Shown here piece after piece: positions 1 through 11,900 of a stretch of DNA of 64,000 nucleotides. The stretch spans positions 152,869,383 through 152,933,382 of the forward strand of contig NC_052149.1 of assembly GCF_902713615.1 (NCBI RefSeq), written 5' to 3'. This stretch comes from Scyliorhinus canicula. Taxonomy: Eukaryota. Numbering within the stretch: position 1 is the first letter of the stretch; the number at the start of each line of letters is the position of its first letter. The position numbers were made by a program, and so were the translations under genes. The notes beneath the pieces were generated by a model. That model was not told where the DNA came from, did no database searches, and saw nothing but the letters and a program-made list of their open reading frames with translations.

Positions 1-386
1 GCAGAACATAGGGATTTGGGAGTCCCAACGCTTAAATCACAAGAAGCTAGCATGCAAGCTCAGCAGGTAATATGGAAAGCAAATGAAATGTTCGCCTTTA
101 TTTCAAAAGTAATGGAGTATAAAAATACAGAATTCTTGCTAACGTGATACAAGGCACATTAGGCCATACCTGTGAACATTTTGCTCCCCTATGGAAAGAT
201 ACACTGGCATTAGAAGCAGTCCAAAGAAGGTACACAAGGTTGGTCCTGGATATGGAAGGATTTTTTAATGAGGAGAGGTTGCGAAGATAGGGCCTGTACT
301 CGTTGCTGTTTAGAAGAATGAGAGGCGACCTTATTCTGACATGAAGGATTCTCAGGGAGCTTGACAGACTAGATGCTGAGAGGATC

Positions 387-1260
387 GGCAGGAATCTCCA
401 TTTGGGAGACCGCGCAAAGCCTGGTATGGAATTCCCTCATCTTTGCCATGCACATTTATGCATGGCGGGGATCACGCAGGATTCCATCGGAATTCCAGTA
501 TAATGGAGTCATTTTGAGCCGGCCACCCAATACCGAGGTCCAGGGGTGGCCTCCCTCCCCCCCCGACAACGCAAATCCTTTCCCACCTTGCTGACAACTT
601 GAGGTTTCCTCACCCCACCACCATGGGAATAATGGGTCACAACCCCACAGTACGCGTGTATCAGGGTGACCTCACCCCTCACCGATCCCCCATCAGACTG
701 TCCCACCAGAGACCTCAATCAGGCCCCCAACAGAGACCCCCCCATCAGGCCCCCAACAGAAACTGCCCCGCTACTGACCTATCCCTGCAACCCCATAACC
801 CCACCTAATCCGTACATCCCTGGACACTAAGGGCAATTTATCATGGCCAATCCACCTAACCTGCACATCTTTGGACTGTGGGAGGAAACCGGAGCACCCG
901 GAGGAAACCCACGCAGGCAAAGTGCAAACTTCACACAGACAGTGATCGAGGTTGGAATCGAACCTGGAACCCTGATGCTGAGGGGCCGCAGTGCTAACCA
1001 CTGTGGCACCGTGCCAACCCTGAATCTCGGCCGAGAGCCTGGAGCAGCACGGGGACATGGAGCATCGGGCTTCCTGCCTATTAATCAGAAGTAGATGGAT
1101 GCAAATGATCCATTTACATCCTCATGCCGGTGCAGGGTGCGAAGCTCGCTGCCATCGCTGGTGGGGGACCAGAGCAGCGCCAATCCCATTTTTAGTCCAA
1201 CGCTCTCAATTCTCCACAGGATCAGGAAACCCGCTACTGGCAGCGGCAGAGATCCGCCCC
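387..1260. mobile_element. Non-autonomous TIR element (Harbinger-type MITE), itself interrupted by a SINE
   Basis: Imperfect terminal inverted repeats ggcaggaatctcc ... gagatccgccc resemble the gggcggrattctc termini of other MITEs in the window; no coding capacity. Confidence 0.5.
791..1016 (-). mobile_element. tRNA-derived V-SINE (HE1-like)
   Basis: Reverse complement has a tRNA-like head (ggcacggtgccacagtggttagcactgc...ggttcgattcc) and the V-domain core gggtttcctccgggtgctccggtttcctcccacagtccaaagatgtgcagg. Confidence 0.85.
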
Positions 1261-1456
1261 CTTGTATCCCCTTGTGGGAGAGTCTAGGAGCAGAGGGCAT
1301 AATCTGAGAGTAAGGGGTCACCCATTTAGGGCAGATGAGGAGGAAATTCTTCTCTCAGAGGGTGGTTAATCTGTGGAATTCTTTACCTCAGAGAGCTGTA
1401 GCGGCTTGGTCATTAAGAATGCTCAGATTCTTAATCAGCCAGGGATTAAAACGTTA

Positions 1457-2577
1457 TAGAACATAGAACATTACAGCGCAGTACAGGCCCTTCAGCCCTC
1501 GAAGTTGCGCTGTCCTGTGAAACCCTTCTAAAGTCCCTCTACATTATTCCCTTATCGTCCATATGCCTATCCAATGACCATTTGAATGCGTTTAGTGTTG
1601 GCGAGTCCACTACTGTTGCAGGCAGGGCATTCCACGGCCTTACTACTCTCTGAGTAAAGAACCTACCTCTGACATCTGTCCTATATCTATCTCCCCTCAA
1701 TTTAAAGCTATGTCCCCTCGTGCTGGACATCACCATCCGAGGAAAAAGGCTCTCGATGTCCACCCTATCTAATCCTCTGATCATCTTCTATGCCTCAATT
1801 AAGTCACCTCTTAACCTTCTTCTCTCTAACAAAAACAGCCTCAAGCCCTTCAGCCTTTCCTCATATGATCTTCCCTCCATACCAGGCAACATTCTTGTAA
1901 ATCTCCTCTGTACCCTTTCCAATGCTTCCACATCCTTCCTATAATGCGGCGATCAGAACTGCACACAATACTCCAAATGCGGCCGCACCAGAGTTTTGTA
2001 CAACTGCAACATGCCCTCATGGCTCTGAAACTCAATTCCTCTACCAATAAAAGCTAACACACCGTATGCCTTCTTAACAACCCTCTCAACCTGGGTGGCA
2101 ACTTTCAGGGATCTATGGACATGGACTCCGAGATCTCTCTGCTCGTCCACACTACCAAGAATCTTACCATTAGCCCAGTACTCTGTCTTCCTGTTATTCC
2201 TTCCAAAATGTATCACCCCACACTTTTCTGCATTAAACTCCATTTGCCACCTGTCAGCCCAGCTGTGCAGCTTATCTATGTCCCTCTGTAACTTGTAACA
2301 TCCTTCTGCACTATCCACAACTCCACCGACTTTAGTGTCATCTGCAAATTTACTCACCCATCCTTCTACGTCCTCCTCCAGGTCATTTATAAAAATGACA
2401 AACAGCAGCGGCCCCAAAACAGATCCTTGTGGCACACCACTAGTAACTGGACACCAGTCAGAGTATTTTCCATCAACCACCACCCTTTGTCTTCCATCAG
2501 CTAGCCAATTTCTGATCCAAACTGCTAAATCACCCTGAATCCCATGCCTTTGTATTTTCTGCAATAGCCTGCCGTGG
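1457..2577 (-). mobile_element. CR1/HER1-like LINE, 5'-truncated, young family
   Basis: ORF 1953-2564 has RT motifs (GVPQGSVLGPLLFVIFINDL, KFADD); C-terminal ORF 1539-1784; tail tgtaatgttctatgttctat. Closely similar to the copies at 27.3 and 41.3 kb. Confidence 0.9.
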
Positions 2578-2689
2578 GGATATGCCAGGAAATTGGAGTT
2601 GTGGATTATCAGTTCAGATTAGGCAGATCTCATTGAATAGTAGAGCGGACTCGATGGGCCCAATGGCCTACTTCTGCTCCTACGTCATA

Positions 2690-2821
2690 TGGCAGGAATG
2701 CAGAATTATTCATACCGATATAGGGGAAGGAAGTTCATGACTCACCCTCCTCTGAGCCACAGAACATGACTTGAGTTCCCCAATTCTGCAGTGGTCAGGC
2801 TGAACTGGGGCAACAGAGTTG
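2690..2821 (+). promoter_or_regulatory. Candidate proximal promoter of the IgSF receptor gene
   Basis: Short unique stretch between a CR1 tail and the leader ATG, with ETS core GGAAGT (2729-2734) next to AP-1 TGACTCA (2738-2744); no ATGCAAAT octamer. Motif-only evidence. Confidence 0.4.
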
Positions 2822-2870
2822 ATGATGAAGGGGATGATCTGCACCTTTCTCCTGGTGTCCCTGCAAATGG
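2822..2870 (+). CDS. Exon 1: signal peptide MMKGMICTFLLVSLQM(G)
   Basis: ATG-initiated hydrophobic 16 codons plus 1 nt, then donor gtaagc (phase 1); 123-nt intron to the V exon, the typical Ig/TCR leader arrangement. Confidence 0.85.
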
Positions 2871-5800
2871 GTAAGCAACAACCCCACTAATCCCCCACCC
2901 ACCCACCCCATCCTTAAAACCCCCCCAATCCTTTTGTTTCCACTCGTCCCTTTTTGCGTGGCCTGGAACATTTCTGTCTGCCTTCTGTTACAGGTGCAGT
3001 GTTATCTAACGCTAATTTGAGAATTACGCAGGCAATTGTGAATGGTCGAGAAGGAGAGACGGTGACCCTGGGTTGTGTGACCAGCAGGAAGGAAGATGAT
3101 CGCTTGATGCAATGGGGTTATGTCCCCACTAACTCTACAAACATCAAGTTTCTCGTGTCCTTGAGTCCGGGATCTACAGATTTTAGTCGAATGCCTGGGA
3201 TCGAAAGCCGTTTTTCCGGGACCAACGAGAGCAAATTAACCTTAAAAATCGACAGCTTGAAACAGACGGATTCAACCAACTATTACTGCCAGAGTAAGGA
3301 TGGCAATGGGAATGACTGGTGCGGCTGTGGACTGTCCCTGAAAGTGAAACCAGGTAAGTGGAGGCTCATTGGTGGGAAATAGTGACTGGTCTCAAATATT
3401 TATTCCTTGTGCCCTATTTGTAGGAATGTGTTAACTCCCTCCAAACAGACTCTCTTTGCTGAGGTGGAAGGGTGCTCCCCAGAGGATGAATCTGCCTACT
3501 CACCGTCAGCACCTCACGATGTGGCCACTCCCCCACATTGTGGGATTAACTCCAACAACAGGAAACAGGGTTTATTTTCAATCCAGTCACGGAATAGTTA
3601 TTGCTCAGTTTTGCTCTTGTCTCACGGAGTTCCTGAAGCAATTCACTCTTTACAAGGCATCAATTCTACTCCATCCAATGCTCTATTGTTCCTGGGGTGT
3701 TCTCTTATTGTGGTATCTTGGTCCTTTCAATCAGCCACTTGGCTGTGATTTATAAGGGACATATTAATCACCGAGATCTTGCTGTGAAGGAGGCAATTTC
3801 AATTTGGGTCAATACAAAACTTGGAAGCATTATAAATTGTGAGGAGGACAGTGTAGAACTTTAAAAGGATTTTGACATGTTGGTGAAGTGGGCAGATAGG
3901 TGGCAGATGTAGTTCAATGCAGAGAAGTAAGAAGTGATGCATTTTGGTAGGAAGAACTTGGAGAGGCAATATAAAATAAGGATAAAATTTTAAAAGTGGT
4001 GCAAGAGCAAAGGGACCTGGGTGTATATGTGCTTGGGTCATTAAAGATGGACGGTCAGGTGAGGAGAGCAGTGAATGAAGCATACAGTATCCTGGGCTTT
4101 ATTAATAGGGGCACAAGGTCCAAGAGCCGGAAAGTGATGCTGAACTTGTACTAGACACTAGTAAGGCCTCAGCTGGAGTATTGGGTACAGTTCTGGATGC
4201 CACACTGCAGGAAGGGTGTGAACACATTGGAATAGGTTTACAAGAATGGTTTCAGGGATGAGAAATTTCAGTTATTGTTAAAAAAAAGAGAGTACTACCC
4301 AATTCATTTTTTCCAATTAAGGAGCAATTTAGCATGGCCAATCTACCTACCCTGCACAACTTTGGGTTGTGGGGGCGAAATCACACAAATTCTCACACGG
4401 GGAGAATATGCAAACCCAGAGCCGGGATCGAACCTGGGTCCTTGGCGCCATGAGGCAGCAATGCTAACCACTATGCCACTGGGCTGCCCGAAGAAACTTC
4501 AGTTATGAGGATAGAGTGGGGAGGTTGGGACTGTTCTCCTTGGAGAGGCCAAAGCTATGAAGAGATTTGATAGAGATATTCAAAATCATGAGGAGGCTGA
4601 ACAGAGTAGATAAGGAAAAACATTTCTAGTTTGGTGGGGAGAGCGAAAGCTGACCTGGCAAGGTGGGATGGTCTCCCTCTATCACTGGCGGGTCGGGTAC
4701 AGGAGGTTAAAATGAACGTGATGCTGCGATTTCTGTTTATTTTTCAATGCCTGCCGATTTTTCTGCCAAAGGCTTTCTTCAGAGAGATTGAGGGAAAGAT
4801 GACTTTGTTTATATGGGGAGGGAAGGTGGCCAGAGTTAGAAAGGTGCTGCTACAGAGGGGAGGCAGGCAGGAGGTTTGGATTTTCCGAACTTGATGTATT
4901 ACTACTGGGCGGCGAATGTGGAGAAGGTGTGGAGCCAGGTCAGAGGAGTTGATTCCCAGTGGGTCAGAATGGAAGAGTGTTTGTGCAGGGGGTCAGGATT
5001 GAAAGCACTAGCAACAGCGCCGCTCCCGATAGCCCCGGGGAAATACTCAGGGAGTCCATTAATAATAGCTTCATTGAGAATTTGGAGGCAGTTTTGCCAA
5101 CACTTAGGGTTGAGGGCAGGGTCAAGGGGAATGCCGATTCGGGGGAACCACAGATTTGAGCCAGGGAGGTGGGATGGAAATTTTCGGAAATGGGAAGAGA
5201 AGGGGATTAGGACACTAAAAGATTTGTTTCTTAGGGGTCGGTTTGCAGGATTCAAGGAGCTGGAAGCGAAGTATGGGCTAGACCGGAGGGAAACTGATAC
5301 ACGCAGGTTCGAGATTTTGCCAGAAAGCAGATACAGAGCTTCGCGGTGGAGCCAGCCTCCACATTGCTGGAGGAAGTGCTGACAACAGGGGACTAGAGAA
5401 AGGGGAAGTGTCAACAGTTTTTGGAGCTATTTTGCAATAGGAGAAGGCACTACTGGAAGGGATCAAAGCAAAGTGGGAGGAAGAGTTGGGAGAGGATATG
5501 GAGGAGGGGTTCTGGTGTGAGGTGCTCCGGAGAGTAAATGCCTCCACCTTGTGCGCAAGGTTGGGGCTGATACAGCTGAAGGTGGTATACAGAGCACACC
5601 TCACGAGGGCGAGGATGAGCCGATTATTTGAAGGAGTAGAAGATGTGTGTGAGCGTTGGGGGGGGGGGGGGGGGCACTAATCACGTTCATATGTTTTGGT
5701 CCTGTCCAAAGCTAGAGGATTACTGGAAGGAGGTTTTTAGGGTAATTTCTAAAGTGGTGTACGTGAAACTGAACCTGGGCCCCCGGGAGGCCATATTCGG

Positions 5801-5924
5801 GGTTTCGGACCAGCCAGGGTTGGAAACAGGTGCGGAGGCAGATGTTGTAGCCTTCGCCTCGTCGATCGCCCGAAGGCGGATCCTGATGGGTTGGAGGGCA
5901 ACCTCTCCACCCTGTGCCCTGGTG

Positions 5925-5959
<35 letters not shown>

Positions 5960-8900
5960 CTGTTGGAATTCTTGACTCTTGAGAAGGTTAAGTTTGAACT
6001 GAGGGGAAGGATATAGGGGTTCTACAATTCATGGGCATTATTCATTATGCACTTTCAAGAACTGGATAACATTGAACATTAGTTGGGGGGGTGGGTGGGA
6101 GGGTTGGGGGGAGGGGGGCTGTGTGTGTTAATGGCGACTATGGGTGATCACTAATTCCTTTTTGTCATTTGTTTATGTGAACATGCGGGCTAATGTTTGG
6201 GGTTTGGTGGGAGGATGGGATCGTTGTTATTGATATGGAGATTGACATATTTGTTCCTGATTATTGTTTATTGTTGGTGGGTGTAAATATGGGAGAAAAT
6301 GTGAAAAAGGAGGAGAATAAAAATATTTTTTTAAAAATGAAAATGTGACGGCAAAATATAGTAAAGCTACACACAAAAAATGATATCAGTCTGCATATTT
6401 TAGTTTTACAAGGGAAGGAAATGAAGCTAACTATTCTTTGCCTTCTAACCTCAGCTATCACGCCTAAACCACCTTCAGTTTATCTCCTACATCCATCGGC
6501 TGAGAAAATGACCCAGCAGACTGACAGCAAACTTGTATGTGTAGTCAACGATTTCTACCCAGAGACTGTCTCTGTGTCTTGGTACATGGGCAGCACCCAG
6601 CTACCTTCGGGGATTTTTAACTCAGGGTTACTGATGGAATCTGAAGGCAGTTACACCATTATAAGTGAACTAGCAATATCAACATTTCAGTGGGTCAGTG
6701 GGCTTCGTTACACCTGTGTTGTTTCACATGAAGCCCTGTCTTCTCCTATCAAAAAAGTGGTCAGTATTGATGGTAAGTTAAATAAACAGGCATGTGAGAT
6801 CACTCACATACTATTTTTTTTAAAAATGTATTTTATACCAACATATATGGAAAGAGGTTACAACATATGTGGTGCCAGGTCTGTTGCAAATTCCTTATAA
6901 AATTCCGCTGGGTACCCACCTGGCCCTGAGGCCCTCCCTGACTTCATACCCCTGATACTATCCAGCACCTCCCTCAGCCCCAGGGGCTCCTCCAATGCCT
7001 GCCTCTTTGCTTCCTCCACCGTGACCCCCTCCTCTCCCCCCCGGGTCTGCCTCGTAAAATCTCTGGCAGTATTCCCTAAACACCTCATTTATCTTCCCCA
7101 ATTCCGACACCACATCCCCAGCCCCAGTCCGTATCTGCAATATTTCCCTGGATGCAGCCTGCCTCCGCAGCTAATGCACTAGCATGCGGCTCGCCTTCCC
7201 CCCCATTCTCGTACTGCACCCCTCTTGCCCTACGCAGTTGTCCTACCACCCTCCCCGTTGTCAGCCTGTCAAACTGCCCCAGCAACTTTTTCCTCCTCGC
7301 CAATCCCTCCACAGTGGGCACCCTCGAATATTCCCTGACCACCTCCACTATCTTGCTCACGAGATGGTCATGTTCCTCCCTCCTTTCCCTATCCTCATGA
7401 GCCTTAAACAAAATAATTTCCCCCCCCGGACCACTGCCTTCAGTACTTCCCAAAAAATGGCCACCGACACCTCCCCATTCTGATTGAACTCCACATAATC
7501 CCTAATTGCCAACCGCACCTTATCACAAAACCTCCATCCGCTAACAACCCCGAGTCAAACCTCCACCCCGGCCTCTGCTCTCATCCCATACTGACCCGAA
7601 TCTCCAGCCAGTGGAGTGCATGGTCCGAGATAACTATCCCCGCATACTCTGCCCCCTCCACCCCAACCAAAATCTCCCAACTCACCACAAAGTAATCAAT
7701 CCTCGAATACACCTTTAGAGACGTGTGAAAATACTCCTTTCCCCAGACCCAGCCTCTCCATAAATCCCCACAGATCCCTTGCTATTTGTACCCTACCCAT
7801 TGACCTGGCGCTCGACCGATCCACCCTCGATTCTAGGACACAGTTAAAATCTCCTCCCATGATCAACTGGTGCATGGCCAAATTTGGGATCGCTGCCAAC
7901 AACCCCCTCATAAAACCCACATCATTCCAATTTGGGACATATACATTTACCAACACCACCGGCTCCCCTTCCTATACCCCACTCACAATCATATATCTCC
8001 CACCCGGATCCCTCACCTCCTTCGCAGTGGCCACGCCATGCGCCTTGGCGGACTTGGACTGTGAACCCACATAAAGAAACTAGGCCCCCCCCTCGATCGG
8101 CCGCGTGCCCCTGCATCGGACCGGCCCGATCTGGGGCCGACCACCCATTCCCCCCACCAAGGCGTTCGCATACTGAGTTCACAGCCGCCATGCGAAAGTC
8201 CCAACCGGCCATACCATGTTGGTTCCACGCCGTCGCGATCTCGGCCAGTCGGAGGCGGAGTATTGCTGGCAGGCCTCTGGCAATGGCCCCTCAGCCACAC
8301 AGAGGTTCGGGGCCCGGAAAATCGCCGGAGCTGCGCCGGGCCCAATTCCGTCGGAAAAGTTGATTCTCCGCCCCGCGTCCAACACGATTTCGACACGGGG
8401 CTGCGGAGAATCCAGCCCATGCTTGTTGTCCAGGACACAAAACGTTGTGTCAATTGGCTTTACATATGCAGATGTACGCAGAATAAACAGCAGAAATAAG
8501 CCCTTCAACCCAATCAGCCAATGCCACCATTTATGCTCCACTTGAGCCTCCTTATCTATCAATATAACCCACGATATCTTTCTCACTCATCTGCTTATCT
8601 AACTTCTCCTTAAATGTGTCAATGCTGCTCAAATCAACTACTCCCTGTGGTAGTGGATTGCACAGTCTCATCCCTCTAAAAACGTTTCATCACAATTTCC
8701 TTTTGGATTCATTAGGGTCTGTCTTCATTAGGGCCTCTAATTATGCTCTTCTGCAGAAGTGGAAACATTTTCTCTCTGTGCCTACTGTCAAAAGCTTTTA
8801 TAATTTTAAAGCCCTCTAGTCGGTCTTTGTTTCAAACCTGTAATTCCAATCTACACAGCCCTGCTATTTCCAAACAATGTTTCACTGATTCTGTCATCTG

Positions 8901-11900
8901 GAAAAATTGTTCTTATAAATACTGCTTTGGGGCAGCACGGTGGCGCAGTAGTTAGCACTGCTGCCTCATGGCGCCGAAGATCCAGGTTGGATCCCGGCCC
9001 TCGGTACTGTCCATGTGAAGTTTGCACATTCTCCCCGTGTCTCGTCCCCATAACCCAAAGATGTGCAGAGTAGGTGGATTAGCCATGTTAAATTGTCCCT
9101 TAATTGGAAAAAAACAGAATTGGGTACTTTAAATTAAATAAATAAATAAATACGGTTCTTTGTGTAAAACATTTTAAAAAGTAGAAAATGTGTCTGAAGA
9201 GAATTCCCCTTTCTGTGCCAACTGAAAAAATGATTGATTCACTCACATAATCTACTTGCACCAGAAGTATATTTTGATGCTGTTCATAATGCGTTGTTGC
9301 TAATTTAAAACAATGTTTAAAATTAGGAAAGGTTTGAACTAATTGAGTCCAAGTAACTTTATCTGTCATGCACAGGATTAAAGCACAAGGTCACATGTAC
9401 AAATTAAGGACAACATAAAAAGGGGAATGCAGGAGGAACCTTCTTCTTTACGAGTGCAAGCATGTGGAATAGATTACTGGCATGCACGGTGAAACAAGAA
9501 ACCTGCATCGGTTTTAAGAAAGAGCGGACGGTTCCATCTGTACATGTGATCCAGGGTTGTTTGAAATGCCGCATAGGAATACTGAATTGATAAACTAGAC
9601 AGAACCAAGACCTTCCCTTGCTTGGAACTGCTATTATGTTACTATGACATATAGAAGCTGTCTAGAAAATATTGCTTTGGTATTTATATCGAAGTTTAGT
9701 ATTGGAATAATCAAACTAATAAGATTTTATTTTCTTGAGCTACCACTAAACATTCTTCCCATTGTTATTGTGGGATTTTACTGTGTGCAAATTACAATCC
9801 CACATTTGTCAACAAATGCCTTCACTTGTTCTGACGAGCTTTGGGATGTTCTGAAAAGATGGTTTGTAAATGTATGTTTTTCCTTGAACATGATCTAAGT
9901 TCTGTTAAATACTACTTTGACCATTAACCATCTCTATTCATTTAGACCCGATTCCGCCATCCATCTATGTTTTGCCACCAACATTTGAAGAGATTGATGT
10001 GGAGAAGACATCAACAATTGTGTGTCTGGCTGTTGGATTTTATCCTGAAAGCATTTTCTTTAGGTGGCTTGTCAATAGCCAGGTTAAAGCAGCTTCCAGA
10101 TCACAAACTCTACCATCGGTTCTAAATACAAATGGGAGCTATACTTCCAGGAGTGAGTTAACAGTTGCTGTAGATGAGTGGGATTCTGGCTCTGTGTACA
10201 CCTGTGAAATTCAACATGTTTCACTATCATTTCCTGTGAGGCACAGTTTGAGGAAAAGAAATGGTAAGGACACTGTAGCCTAATTTTCTTTAACTATTTA
10301 CTCCATATGTTTTAATTAACGTTAAATGTTCTAAAACCAAACACAATTTTACTTTCAGTTTTTTCCAAAGATTTCACTTTCTCCTTCCTGCCAAACACTT
10401 CTTTCCCCTCAAAATTTTTTCACTTTTTCTAAAAAGTCTGAGTCCAGTTAAGCATGGAATCGTCCTACTCCTTCAGGTACAATGCCCTAAGAAGGGATTG
10501 GTGACTGTGGGCTTCCATTTGATTGGCCCATGTTTATGTTTGGCAAAATACAACAGTGGTTTGCTGTTGCCTTCTGCAGTATGGCTAACCCGCTTTTTAC
10601 TGCCTGCAATCAGGCCTATTGGAGGGATTTCTTCTTGCTAGCTTCCCTGTCTCGAGAGACGATAGGTATGCGCCAGTCAGTCACTGATTGTTGTCAGCAT
10701 CTGGCTCTCTTTTTGCGGTGTCGCCTCATGTCTTGCTGCGTCTCTTCTCTTCGCCTCTTTTCACTTCCACCTTCACTGCTGTCCATCAGCCCTGGCGAAC
10801 GCTGGCAAATTGCTCCCAACACTTGTGGTCCATGTCACAGGACTTCTTGTTATGTTTGCAAACATTTTTGAAGCGAAGGGATGGGCGGCAAGTGGGCCCG
10901 GTGCCAGTGGCGAGCTCCCTGTACAATTCATCCTTGCCATTCCCCATGCAGCTCACATGTCCAAACAAACATGTCTCAATTGGAAGGATTTACAGACTGA
11001 TAATCAACCTGTTTGGCCGCAGTATGCACACACCTTCCATGGCCATCAAATCCTGAAGAGGAACTTGAACCCAGAGCTTCTGTCCCAGAGGGAGGGACGC
11101 TACCCACTACACCAGAAGACTTCCCGAAGCATGGAATACCATTCCAATATCTGAGCCGATTGAGTGTCTGTTGAATTCCTGTACATGACAGGAAGAGAAG
11201 CTGAAGAGAAATCCTCTTACCACTCTGAGCAGTTACAACCTCTCTTGGCCCAATGGGATTTTAAATTCTGCTCTTGTTAACATTAATGTTTTGTTACCTG
11301 TGTGGCAGGTAACATGTGCTACTCAATCCTTGGTTAATGATGAGGTCCTCTGAATCTCGATGAAGAAGACTCAAACTCGTCCAGTAGTAACAAAAGGTTT
11401 ATTGAGTAACTATAACAATAATTGCATGAGTTCTTTACTTTAACTTTGATACTAGTGATAAGGTTAACAAGACATAACTACAGTAACTATACGTAATGCC
11501 ACTAGCCATCTGAACTGCACTGGTCACAGTGCACCCAAGAGAGAGGGGGAGAGTCACAATATGGTTGCTTTTTTATACCCCTGTTGGTCCAGCCCTCTAG
11601 TGGTCATGTGGTGCTACTGATTATACATTAACCCCTTATGTACATGCACATACAGAGATCACTACATCCACCTTTTTTTTCTTGTGTTACACATTTTCTG
11701 TATGTGGTAAAGAAAATTTAACAATCAATGAATTAATCAGTCAAATGTTAATACGTTTAGTCTCTTAGGTTTTTCTTCTCGTTTGCCTGAAACAGGTAGA
11801 CAAATGATGTTATGTACAAATTGTGATGATATTGATGATAATACAAAGCCAATTAATATTTATGAGTCCAATCATGATTTTAAAAATTGTGAGTCCAAAT

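Larger units (their letters stand above)
1..1455 (+). mobile_element. Degenerate CR1-clade LINE 3' part (1-385 and 1261-1455), split by a MITE-like insertion
   Basis: Decayed RT C-terminal coding sequence similar to the intact CR1 copy at 27.3-28.5 kb; the LINE sequence resumes across the insertion (gatgctgagagga ... tccccttgtgggagagtctagg). Confidence 0.65.

Noticed and set aside
10264-10283. Secreted isoform by read-through after C1-2 (GKDTVA-stop)
   Set aside because: No nearby AATAAA and no tailpiece features; an ordinary intron start explains it.
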